This document shows positions 13,715 to 25,515 of a stretch of 64,000 bases of DNA, one piece after another. A program made the position numbers and the translations under genes. Source of the DNA: Chara braunii (lineage: Eukaryota > Plantae > Charophyceae); NCBI GenBank assembly GCA_003427395.1, contig BFEA01000008.1, positions 6,723,808 through 6,787,807 of the forward strand, given 5' to 3'. The notes beneath the pieces were generated by a model, which searched no databases, was not told where the DNA came from, and saw only the letters and a program-made list of their open reading frames with translations. The first letter of the stretch is position 1; the number at the start of each line of letters is the position of its first letter.

Positions 13715-14257
13715 TGTTGCATACTCATGAAACACAGTCATAAGTATGGCGCAGATCCCCAGAACCGACCAGATAATACAGAGTTAATACAAATACAGCG
13801 GAAGAGTTGATACCCATGGACTGACTCTGACCTGACTCAGACTGCAATCGAACACTCTCAATCATGCATCAGTGGTGTGAAAGCCCTGGCCTTGGACATA
13901 GAAGAANGGCCAGGGTCTGAGATCATACACNGACGAATGGAGGGAGANGAGAGACGAAGGGAGGAGGAGAGGGAAGATGACATCAACTCGATATGTCCAA
14001 AGATAGTATCTTGAAATGCCAAGAGTAGCGCAAATCCGAAATGTCGCGAACACAGAGTCCCACAGTGTCTCAGATATCCATCTCACAATGTCAAGGTACA
14101 TCTTCAGAGGTAGATGACATCAGATCCCAAGAGTAGTCCTCAACCTACAGTCGCAATGTCGCTGTATCCAATATCATCAGAACTCGTAACCATCCTTCAT
14201 ACTCGTGGTAGTCCCGTAGGAGAACCCAGGAGTAGACTTAGACTGAGAAGGTAGGAG

Positions 14258-14290
<33 letters not shown>

Positions 14291-14924
14291 GTGGAGGCAG
14301 AAGAGGGAGAGAAGGCAAGGCCTTCCTCCCTGGTACCTGATACGGTAGCTATGGCACCGCAGGGACTGGTGCTGGGCCGCGGGCTGGGCCGGTGGCTGAC
14401 GAGGCTCCCAATGCTGCGCTAGGTCCTCTCTGCCGCTGAACTCCTTCTCTACTCGCTGCTCATGGTAACACTGCAGCGCTGCGCTAATCCAGCTAACGCT
14501 GAAACGCTGCGCTAATCCTGAAGAATAACCTCCTGTCTACCACTAACCTCCTGTCTCTACTAACCTACCGACTGAGGCTGGTACACAGCTGATATAGTGC
14601 TGGGTCGGCCTCAGTCCTACTGAGGGCCTTCGGGTCTGGACTGTTGATCAGGCCCAATGGTTCAGATCCGATATCGGAATCTGAAAAGTGGCACCAAAAC
14701 TGCGCCGCCAGCCGGTCCTACCGATGGACCTGGTACCTGGCCTAACCAACTAGCCGTTGGGTCTGGTGGGGTCTAAACGAGGCCTGCCGGACCCTAAACT
14801 GAACCGACGGGTCCTACGCCTACCTAGACCTAACTGGGACCGTTGTGACCCGGTCACTAGGCCTACCTGTGCCTACTACAGAACCGGGCCCTAACTGGGG
14901 CCCGTGTGGTATCAGTATGCCACA
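13715..14924 (-). repeat. 5' LTR (1210 bp) of the minus-strand gag element
   Basis: Terminal inverted repeats TGTGGCATACTG / TGTTGCATACTC, immediately followed by the PBS. Contains (AG)n at ~14259-14288. Confidence 0.85.
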
Positions 14925-15465
14925 TCTTATCACCTCCTCTAAGCGGGGCTCTGCACAAGTTTCAAAAAGAAAGAGAAAAACATTACCAAAGCAAAGAAAA
15001 TGCAGTGAAAAAGCCTCCATCATAGGCGAGCAGACTCACCACAGTGAGCCAAACCTCTTGACCTCCCATGAGATGCTACCATCTCACAGCTGACAGAGAC
15101 GCTTGCGAAGTCGCACAAGGAGGCCTTGTTAAATGATGCAGAGGTTCGATAAGCATCCCAACCCAACAAGCAGAAGAACCATGGCTGCAACTCGTGCTCC
15201 AGGGGGCAATGAGAGCTATAAACGACCCGTCCACTTGGGCATGGAGGCTTTGCACTGCGCACCAAGCTTTTTCAAGTTGCCAGCTAGCGCCGCCAACCAT
15301 TGTGGTCTGGTAGGCCCAGCTGGGAAACTTTCGGAGCAGACGATGAACAAACTTCTGCAAGGCTGGGGCCGCACTGAGCTTTTCCGACCTGCCAGCTGGC
15401 GCTGCCAACCATTGTGGTCTGGCAGGTTTTTTTTTTTTTTTTTTTTTTCAGTCTCCCTTAGAGGG

Positions 15466-15683
15466 GGGAGGGCTGTGCCACGCTCTGCAGCGGTGCAGTA
15501 CCTGTCTCTTATACACATCTAGATGTGTATAAGAGACAGACGCTGGAGGGGCCAAGTAAGCAAGCTTACCCATCTGACCCCTCCGTGGCCCAGAAAAAAA
15601 TAATTTAATACCATGTCGCCCGATGGACCACTGATCAGAACAGATACTACACTTTATCTTAGCCAAAAGGCCGACAAAGGTAT
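15466..15683 (-). ncRNA. U2: U2 snRNA copy, probably a pseudogene or variant
   Basis: Minus strand ATACCTTTGTCGGCCTTTTGGCTAAGATAAAGTGTAGTATCTGTTC, including the branch-point recognition GTAGTA. Also an Sm-site-like ATTTTTTT, a stem III GCTTGC loop and a stem IV TGCAC loop. The stem IIa segment is missing. Confidence 0.85.
15502..15539. other. Nextera mate-pair junction adaptor (two Tn5 mosaic ends back to back); assembly artefact
   Basis: Exact CTGTCTCTTATACACATCT+AGATGTGTATAAGAGACAG. Confidence 0.97.
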
Positions 15684-15707
15684 TGTCGGGAGACTTTTGG
15701 AGTAGAC

Positions 15708-15984
15708 GATGAACAATTTTTTATATTTTTCTTTTACAAGAAAGAGGGCCCTTAGTGCTTTCATTATTATTTAACAATTGAGGCCAAAATGAAATCAAGA
15801 GAAGCAGGTGTTGGGATTTATCTCTAGGGACAGGAATGGCCAAATCCAGATGAACAAATTTTTTTATTCTTCTTTTACAAAAAAGAGGGCCCTTAGGGCT
15901 TTCATTATAAAGTGAGGCCAAAATGAAATCAACAGAAGCAGGTGTTGGGATTTATCTCTAGGGACAGGAATGGCCAAATCCAGA
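15708..15984. repeat. ~140-bp tandem duplication upstream of U2
   Basis: Two diverged units starting gatgaacaa at 15708 and 15849. Confidence 0.85.
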
Positions 15985-17700
15985 CAGCTACCTTGAAAAG
16001 AACACAACCCTGAGCAAAATAAAAGCTGCCTACACGTTCCTGAAAGCCAAACAATCTCAAAAAAAAAAAAAAGCAAAAAAAAAAAGCATAGGAACACCGT
16101 ACCACCTTACCAAATCAACTGTCAAAATGACCTTGGAAGCCAAACAACCCCCCAATTCATCCTACCTTTCCATCTACTATAGAACTCTTAGCCATCCTCC
16201 TGATGATGATGATAAACACACACACACAAAAAAAATAAAAATAAAAAAAAATGCAAGGCCAAAGAACTCACGCCAGCAAAGAAACCACAAACAATTTAAC
16301 ACAGTCTGAAAATAAAGTCTTTCTAAAGAAAAAAAAAGAGAACAGAACAAAAAAAAAAAGAAAGAAAGAAACCACGAGCATTTTTTTTTTATTTTTTTTT
16401 TTAATTTTAGAAAAAGAGTCATATTATACAAGCCGGGCCCGGCGTCCCTCACATGTATGCTGGCGGCTCCGGGTTATGAGCGAGGCATCACCGGCCAAGC
16501 CCATATCAGGAATCGCTGAGTCCCACAAAGGAAGAAAGCGAGGAACAAAAAAAGCAAGAAGTCTGCAACAAACCGAAAGATGTGCTTCTAACTGGCCCAC
16601 TAAAATAGCGTACACTTCTAACACTCTTCATACTCATCATTCTCAAGTTATAGATCTAAAAAAGCAAGAAATCAGTTCAGAAATCTACAGAAAAGAACTA
16701 AGAAAACAACTAAGAGCTCTGGGAACTCTGCAAACAAGATGTAACCTGTAGCCTGTGCTTCTTTTTTAATGCAAGCATACGACCACATCTTCAGCAGTCA
16801 AATTTCAAATAAAGAATCCTGAAAACTGCAGCGTGGGTGCTGTATCATTGTGCATCTGTACCATGACCAATTCCAATTTTGGTCCAAAGGCCTTTTTTTT
16901 TTTCTTCTTGTTTCCCCCTCGGACACCACGACCAACTCTGTAAACATGACGCCCGGTCTAACACCACAACCGTTCCAGTTCATTTTTGCCCATTCTATAC
17001 TGACATGAACGTACTTACCCCTCCCTTTTTTGCATGTAAGAAGCATCATTTGCATCCAAGGGGATAGCCTCTACTCTCGGGAAGGTGCAACAATCCCAAA
17101 GATTCAGGCTTTGCGATCCCCCATGTTCCCCTTCCTGTTGGTGGGGAGCTGCGTCTGAGTCAGTCAGTCAGTCAGGATTCGACCTCATGATCTGTTTGAT
17201 CCACTGTTACATGTCTGTACCACTCAGCCATGACGGTCCCCCGCTGAGTAGAACGGAAGGTCATTTTATCTGTGTACCTAGACAGAGAATTGCATCGTAT
17301 ACAGTTATAATGACCCTATTCTCCATTTGGAAGAGGGTAGCGTTTAATACGGTTCTCCAAGTCTCAGTCTTGGGAAATCACACAGATCATCATTACGGGC
17401 CACGTGGGTCATTTGTGGGCCCGTCAGCGGCTGCAGGGGGACCTCCCGCCAGGCCTCCACTGGGGTGCTCTCCGTTTAGGGCGTCTCTTATGGAGTATTT
17501 ATTTCTGGCATGACCTATTGTAGTAGGGTGAGCGGAGGGAAAAAGAGAGTGTCATCGCCCTCCATGGCAACGGCGCTCGTCAGCTTCCTGTGCTGCAGTC
17601 CTTTTTCCAAGATTCCTGCTTCCCTCACGAACCCCTACGGTTCTTTCGTTTTCTTTTTTTGCTAATTCGGATTGTGCTTATTAGTCCGGCATCACCAAGG

Positions 17701-20294
17701 TTAGCCTGTCCTCCTTATGTACCTGATACGGTCCTCCGCTTCGCCCAAGAGAACCGCACGGTAATAGCCGGGGAAGTACTCGAAAGACTGCAGTCTAGGA
17801 CTTGTGACACGGAGGTGCCCGAAGCCCCTGGGGAAGGGTATTTGACAACCAGCGATGGCCAGGTGCTCGAGCGAAGGACACAAATCTCCCAACCTATACA
17901 GGATCGCAGCACTGACTTGAGAGATTCCGGTCAATCTGAGGGAAAGGAGACTGGGGCAGGTGCTGAGGAAAGCAAGAAATTCTTCCTCGAAATCGCCGAA
18001 AAGTGCTCTAGGGTCCGAAAAGAGGTGAAGATGGTGTAAGGACGGACCAACGGGAGAGAGGCTACGGAGGAAAGGGCCACAGGACTGCCAGGCGGGAAGA
18101 CGAGGCTCCTTCAGAGTGAGAAGACGAGGCCCCTCCTTTTTGTTCTCCAATCCCGGGTCCCGACGTCTACAAAAATACAGATGACTGAGCCTTTTTGACA
18201 GGACGGCCCGTCCCCACATCAATTCCATCCGCTCCACTGTCTCCTGATCTACAAAGGGATCAAAGATGCGCAAACCCACCTCCTGGAGGTGTTGATGACG
18301 CTGAAGAAGTACCTCTAAGCTCCTCAACGATGGCAAGCGAGGGTAGGCGCACGCTTCTCCGCTGACCTGAGATCCATAGAGCAGAAGCTTAACCAGTCCT
18401 AATGTGCACGTTCCACCGGCAAGAAAAGACAACGCGTAGTGTGTGACCCCTGTCTCGTCGAAACACAGCTCGCGCAACTGCCGCCCACCTTCGGCGGCCA
18501 CAACACTCACTGACGAATCAGTGACGAATCTGCAACGAGAGGCTACCAGAGTTTGCAAGTCAGAGCACGCCCGCACTGCTGCAATAATGCCCCAGTCGGA
18601 GACGCGCGTCCCGCTCACGTCGACTTTCCTTAAGCAGACACACTCTACCACGGCAGCCTCGAGCTGTTCATCTGCGAAGTATAAGCTATCTGTCACGCAC
18701 AGTGATGTCAGGGTTCTTCGTCGTGTAGACTGGAAACAGAAAAAGGATGGGCTTAGCGACTTCTCGTCCTGGTCCCTCCTCAGCAAGGAACTCTCCGCCA
18801 GAGACAAGGACGATAACAGAGGGCAAGAGCCATCTTGTAAAGCGTCGGAAGCAGCAGGCCAAAACCCGCAGAGACTCAGGTTCCGCAGCTGATTGCAACC
18901 AGACAGGACACGGACGGCCGAGTGATTGACCCACATGTAAAAGTTTGCAGCACCTGTGGTAAGAGAGAGGTCGGTTAATGCAGTGCATCCATAGACTAAG
19001 GCTGCCATCGGCCGCTCCTTGAAACAGCATTCGCCATGACTCCTGTTGTTAGCGTCGAGATGAAGCGTCTTCAAGCTCGGACAGTTCTTGGCAATGCTGA
19101 CGATGAACAATTCGTCAACAACGGGATGACTCAGAGGCAGACGACCCCCGTCAGAAGACGAGCTCCCGCCACTTTCCTCCTCAGAGTCAGAGTCTTCCTC
19201 TTGATCTTCCCAATCCGCCACACCCTGCCCGTAACCCCGCAAGCCCAGCAACTCTCTGTCGTCAAGGGGGAAAACGGTAGGGGCGATGTAACGTCCACGA
19301 TCAGGAGGCAGCCAAATACTGAAGAATTTGTAAATGGGGACAGGATTTTCGTCTTTCCCATAACCGTCCCTTTGGGCCTGCCGCTGTGTTTCCACTTCTT
19401 CATCTCCTCCTCCTACTTCTCCTACTCCATCGCTCGGCCCAGAAGCTTCATCACGCGGCCTCTCGCCTTCCCAGAGGCCTTCATCAAGCGGCCGTTGTCC
19501 TTCCACTTCATTACCTCCTCCTGCTGCATCGCTGCAACGTCCAGAATAGTCATGACCCTCTTCCCTTGAAGAATCACTGGAAACAAGTTCAGGAAGGAGA
19601 GGAGGACAAGGGGGAGGTAAAGGGGGAGGAAGAGGTTGGTGAAGAGAGGGGGGAAGCGGATAATCCGCCCACGCTATGGGGAGGATGTCGACGATAGATT
19701 TGAGCTGGGCATGGGAATGGACATCCACCCCGAGTCGCAGAGAAGAATGTGTCCCATGTGGAGGAGAATCGTAAGCTGGCGGAGGAACGCACGAGGTGCG
19801 CAGTCTGAACGAGGCCGGTGAGGGAACGTTTCCTATCTTCAAGTGTTCCATTGCGGACAAGATTCTAGTAATCGGTCAACCCACCGATGGTGACGGGGAC
19901 AAAACACAGACCAAAGTTCTAAGCGCTTGAGCCTCGTTTGCCCAGCACAAACAGCCATCAACGACTCCGTGGTGCAGAACTGTACGACCAACGTCTCTAT
20001 GTGACCTCTGCTTAGCTCGCCCGCCTTCCTTAACATCGCATCCAAACGACGAGTAATGGACCGACCGCCGAGAATGACGGGCTTCTCTTCCCGATCCTTA
20101 TATAGCACAAGCCCTTGCCTGTCCACCCACTCCCTCGTGTCAATCTCTCGAAAACATACCGGCCGTCGAGCCACCCTCAGCCACTGACGACATACGCAAG
20201 CTGCAGTGAATATTCGCTCATTGAATGGAAGTTTCGTGAAAATCTTCGCTAGCACATCATCTCCCATCTTCCCGAGATCCATTTTTTCACCCAA
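17701..20294 (-). CDS. F-box/LRR (FBXL-type) protein gene, intronless, with a frameshift near 19850
   Basis: F-box LGKMGDDVLAKIFTKLPFNERIFTAACVCRQW. Cys-containing LRRs CPSLKTLHL, CTALTDLSL, CVCLRKVDVSGT, CSDLQTL and CPSLEHL. ORFs 19839-20294 and 17701-19860 overlap out of frame within a CPx-EHL repeat. Confidence 0.8.
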
Positions 20295-20306
20295 CCACTC
20301 TTCCTC

Positions 20307-20375
<69 letters not shown>

Positions 20376-20376
20376 N

Positions 20377-20447
<71 letters not shown>

Positions 20448-20558
20448 GTGAATATTCGCTCATTGAATGGAAGTTTCGTGAAAATCTTCTCTAGCACATC
20501 ATCTCCCATCTTCCCGAGTTCCATTTTTTCACCCAACCACTCTTCATCACCCTCTCCA

Positions 20559-20613
<55 letters not shown>
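20205..20613. repeat. Duplicated F-box gene 5' end (~110 bp) embedded in (CT)n tracts
   Basis: 20205-20310 is repeated at 20446-20555 with a few substitutions; (CT)n at 20310-20445 and ~20560-20613. Confidence 0.85.
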
Positions 20614-20615
<2 letters not shown>

Positions 20616-20630
20616 GACCCGCCGGTGTAA

Positions 20631-21062
20631 GTGAGTTCAATCAGGTAACATCCCGTTTTGATGATCCTGCCCTGCTTGACACTGTTGAGAGGATTGAATC
20701 TATCCCTCTTGCCGGCGCCCCTCTATCCTCTTCCCGCCCCGCACCACCCTCGAATTGCGTCATTCATTCGACTACAGCCGGACCCACCAGACTACCACAC
20801 TGAAATTGCAGAAATGTCTCCCACGAAATTTGTAGTCACAGATCCCTCAAGCACCACCTCCAAATCACCCTCGCCGGCGTCAGTGAGTTCAATCAGGTAA
20901 CATCCCGTTTTGATGATCCTGCCCTGCTTGACACTGTTGACAGGATTGAATCTATCCTCTTGCCGGCGCCCCTCTATCCTCTTCCCGCCGCTGACCACCA
21001 TCGGATTGCGTCATTCATTCGAATTCTAGATTTCAGAGTCGTCTCGGCTACAGCCGGACCCA
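20631..21062. repeat. Direct duplication (~150-bp unit, 252-bp offset)
   Basis: gtgagttcaatcaggtaacatcccg... at 20631 and 20883. Confidence 0.85.
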
Positions 21063-21200
21063 GCAGAGGTAGAAGACGCAAACAAAGCGTTCATTACCGT
21101 AATGACAAGGGGGGACAGCGTCCCCAGTGTGCACAAACCCTAAACCGAAAAATGACACTCGAAAGAAAAAACAAAGCCAGAGTGACGACCAACAGGCCTA

Positions 21201-21306
21201 CCGTTTTCACCCCGAATAGAACGCCCGGTCGTTATAGCTGTATTTGATGCAACTCTCAGTCCAGATGCGGCATTAATTACCGGGCGTTCTGTTCGGGTGG
21301 AGACGG
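21201..21306. mobile_element. 106-bp Tc1/mariner (pogo-like) MITE
   Basis: ~29-bp TIRs CCGTTTTCACCCCGAATAGAACGCCCGGT / ACCGGGCGTTCTGTTCGGGTGGAGACGG, flanked by TA on both sides. Confidence 0.7.
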
Positions 21307-23727
21307 TAGATCATTTGCTACACCCATGAGCTGTTCAAATACAGACCCAAGTTCGAATCCAGATGCAACCAGATGATCAGAATGATGAGATAATACTGTT
21401 TTTTTTTTTTTTTTTTGGGTCCAGAACGAGATAATTCCGAATGACCTCAATGATCAAATCACAAGGCTGTCGCCCTTCCAACAGAACCAAAAAAAGGCAA
21501 CAGTCTTCTCTATTGACCTTCTGCACTCTCCTCGCGCTTGTTTTCACAGGTCCCGTGCACGACAACCGTTTAATTCAAAGAATCGGCTGATTTCCTATCA
21601 TGCCGACGTGATAAGTCCGAGAGTTGAGTCAGCCACGTCCGTCGATGGAAAGCAAGAAAGCATAACCAAACGAGAAGACAAAAAAATACATCGCCAGAAC
21701 TCGCACCAAACAGCAACGGCTTCTCTCGGAGGCGTTCGGGACGGTCAGCGCTGACGGGCGGTGAGTAGAGAGTTCGCGTGTCAATTTAGCGGCTACGGCT
21801 TCGTCGCCATAGCCAACGCTTGCCACAGCGACCTCCTCGCCGACATAACCAACACTCCCTGAGCCTGCGAGATCAGCGTCAAACTTCTTCTCCGTCCCCC
21901 TTCGCGGCAGAGGAGGATTGACCCACATCATAGAGCAATTTTTAGGACCTCCTATTGGCAATCAGAAGGCCTCAGGAATCGGGTGCCTCCTTGGAATTTC
22001 GCATAGAGACAAGAACCGGACCGAGCCCCACATGATGGCCCCAGTAGCAGTCGGATAGGAGTGTGGCCGATCCAGTGCGACACTGAGTGGCAGCGGGCTG
22101 ACAGGTTCATTACGAATTTCCGGGCTGAGAAAACAGAAGAAAGGCAAAAGAAGAAAAAAGAAACGGGGGGCTCGCGGCTGGGTGGTTAGCGCACCGCTGC
22201 GCCACTCCGAAGCGTTGCCGGCCGAAGTTTCTCTCGGTATGACTGAGAACGTTAGGCCCTGTCTCGTCGTCAACCTTGCCATCGCGACAAGGAACGAAGG
22301 GTTCTCCATTCCAGCTGGAGCTGGTCGTCAGTATCGAGGTTCCCTATCGAGGCAGCCCATGGCCCAGGTAGTACAATATCTTTGCCATCTTGTTGATCTC
22401 ATGTGGTTTGACTGCCCCGTATCTGTTGCTCTGAAGTTTAGAAGTCGTCTTGTTCCTCGGTGTGTCTTCCCTATGGGAACCTTCGTCCTGCAACGAAAAT
22501 ATACCAGTGTCATCGAAGTCATAGCTCCCAGTCTTCGCCCCTTCTTCTACAATAGCTTCTTCTCCAAATTATGAGTCCGCATCCCAGCTATCCCCGGTGT
22601 CACCTTGCTATCGCGGTCCGGGAGGTATTCGGTGGGGACAATCTGGAGTAAGGTCCTGCCTCATTATACTCGCAGGCCAGTTGCTCTGTAATCTAGCATA
22701 TTGGGGGAGAGATTCGGTGTTGTATTCGTGCGAGCCATCGTCTTTAGGACCGGGGCTTGAAGTAAGTTGGTCAACCAGGCTGCCCGTCGAGGAATTTGAC
22801 GCCGCTGAATTCTTTGCCGTCTGCTTGGGGATCGACTGGCGAGCTGTTTTTGGGAGTGAGAGGCCAGCAGAATAGGGTGCTCTGGAATAAATCAGCAATT
22901 GAACGGAGGTGCGGCCGTTGCTCCGTTTGGGGGTTCCTCTGGTTGTTGGGTGATAGGTAATTGAGCTAGTTTGGGACATGCTGTTAGTGTTGCTCCTGTG
23001 CCTTCTTCTATAAGTAGCTGCTCTTATCGAGTTTTTCTCTGAAGTGCTCTTTCAAAGCCCGGTTGTCGGCTGATTTGGCATCTCAATGGAGTAGCGGAAG
23101 TGGATTGATAATTGGTTTCCTCGTTCAATTCTGAAGGTGCCTTGTTTTCAGATAAGTGCTCTGATTCTAAGCAGGGCCAAGCTGTAGGGGGAAGCTGAGG
23201 ATGGTGTGGGGGCGAGCTCGCTTTCTCTAACCCATATTTCCCAGTTTCCGTTCCCCCTGTGCAGAGATCTTTCTTGTGTTTGACTCCTTAGCTCAACCGA
23301 GCTCGGGTTGTCCCTCTTCTTGTGCTGACCTGGGGGTTTTCCCGCGAAGGACTACTGGGGTGAGCTCCGGCTTCATTATGTTCCTTTGACAAGTGCACCT
23401 TTAGTAAGACATAGTCGATTGAGAGCTCCCCCCCTTCGTTCCCCCGTTAGCAATCTTCTGTGCAGTGGGTGGACAGAGCAGATTGGTTTTCGTAGTAAGG
23501 TCTGGCACAACTCCCTCGATGGAAGTCGATGAGGTACCAGGGGAGGGACCCCCTGTGAATCAAACGAACTTCTGGGACATGGAAGAGCATACTCGGCAAT
23601 CTATTGGCCAGTGCTACGATGATGGGGTATGGGGTCTTCCAGTTAGCGGCGAATTTAGGGGAGGTAGTGATTGACGAGAAGGGGAAACGGTTCAAAGTGA
23701 ATGAGTCGCTTGATGAGATTAAAGAAA

Positions 23728-24534
23728 GAGAAAACTACGGCGCAGTCAGGGTTACAGTTTGTAATTGCATTTGAAACTGCCTTTTATCAGTTTAGTCAGG
23801 GCCCGAGTTTCAATTGCAGTTGAAACTCGGGCTGCCTTTTTCTAGCAGTTCAGTCAACCTGAGTCAGGCACATGGCCGTTTCTTTCTTTCTTTCTTTTTT
23901 NNNNNNNNNNNNNNNNNNNNNNNNNNNNNNNNNNNNNNNNNNNNNNNNNNNNNNNNNNNNNNNNNNNNNNNNNNNNNNNNNNNNNNNNNNNNNNNNNNNN
24001 NNNNNNNNNNNNNNNNNNNNNNNNNNNNNNNNNNNNNNNNNNNNNNNNNNNNNNNNNNNNNNNNNNNNNNNNNNNNNNNNNNNNNNNNNNNNNNNNNNNN
24101 NNNNNNNNNNNNNNNNNNNNNNNNNNNNNNNNNGAATCCAGCTACGTGGGGAAGGCCCTCACGTCACCAGTGCTTTGAGGAATGTATCTGGCCAGGAAGT
24201 GAGAAAGATGAAACGGGTCGTTTTCATTTTTTGTCTCTCTTTGTGAGGTCCCTGTAGCGCCCTGCCAGCCAGGCAGGGCGGATTTCACGCCAGGCAGCTA
24301 ACTGCCTCGCTTTCTTTCTGGTCCAGACAAGTACTGTGGCATCCTGTATTGGACGCAATCACAGCATAAGGGATGCTTTTTTTTTTTTTTTTTTTAACCT
24401 GCTGGTCATGGATAGACTGAACTGCCTACGGACGAGTTTCAACTGCAATTGAAACTCGGCCCCTGACTAAAGTGCCAAATCGGTGTCTGGAATGCAATTA
24501 CAAACCATTTTCGTGACTGCGCCGAAGTTACCCC
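23728..24534. mobile_element. MULE-type non-autonomous element with a 9-bp TSD
   Basis: TSD TTAAAGAAA at 23719-23727 and 24535-24543. G-initiated TIRs longer than 100 bp (GAGAAAACTACGGCGCAGTCA / reverse complement GGGGTAACTTCGGCGCAGTCA) with internal palindrome CGAGTTTCAATTGCAGTTGAAACTCG. Confidence 0.88.
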
Positions 24535-25307
24535 TTAAAGAAAAGTGGCTAAAAGAGCGAACAGTGATTTTTATTTTTCAAGAGGAGGCCAAGGACCTGA
24601 CGCGGGGAGTAAAAGAGGATTTAATTAGGGCATATGAGGATGGGTGGACAGCAAGAAGGCTGTTTAATCCTGAATTGCGGCGAGGGAGAGTGAAATTTGA
24701 GGGCCCTAATGTGGTTTCTTATGTTGCTAAGGCGGTGGAAGGGGCCAACTGGTTGGCTCAGAAAGGCACGATTACCCTCAACTTGAGGGGTAAGGACTAC
24801 ACTGTCACCCTGAAACCCTGGATGATGAAACAAGAGTTGAAGGAAGTGAAGCTTAGGGAGGCCGAGACTAACTTTTGGATAGTCGCGTTGAGGGTTCCTC
24901 TGGAGGCGATGTACTATGTTGCCTCGGCGGCGGAGGGGTTGATTGGAGGGGTAAAGTTCATGCACCCCCCGGAAGCGGATAGATCCAAACCCAAGCTAGT
25001 GAACATGAAGCTAGACATGGAACCTCAAGCTAGGTTCAGAGTTGAGGATCACCTGCTGATTGAATCCCCGAAAGGGGGGGTGTGGAAAGTGGAGGTGGCA
25101 ACCCCGTTCTCGGACTGGTGTCGTAAGTGCCGGTGGTACTTTCATACAGAAGACAACTGTCCGAGACTGGCAGTAGAGGGAAGACCCAGAAGAACATGGG
25201 CCAACTCGAGACTCCCGACGCAGGAAGACCGGTCCCAGCAGCAACAGAGGGAGCGTGCTGAGAGATCTACTGGTGGGAGTGGGGTGCAGTTGGTACCTCC
25301 GGGGGAT

Positions 25308-25308
25308 C

Positions 25309-25349
<41 letters not shown>

Positions 25350-25515
25350 CTACAACAACAACAGCAGCAGCAACAACAACAACATCAGCAACAACTACAA
25401 CAACAACAGCAACTTTTGCAACAACAACAGCAGCAGCAGGAGCAGCAGCAGCATCAACAACAGCACCAACATCAACCGCAACAACAGCAACAGCATCTGC
25501 GGCAGCAGCAGCAGC
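25308..25515 (+). repeat. (CAA/CAG)n encoding poly-Q in LINE ORF1
   Basis: Seen directly in the sequence. Confidence 0.95.

Noticed and set aside
15502-15539. Natural Tn5/IS50 remnant or bacterial horizontal transfer
   Set aside because: It is the exact synthetic mosaic-end junction adaptor.
21340-21370. tRNA-like GTTCGAATCC T-loop
   Set aside because: No cloverleaf or acceptor stem can be built.
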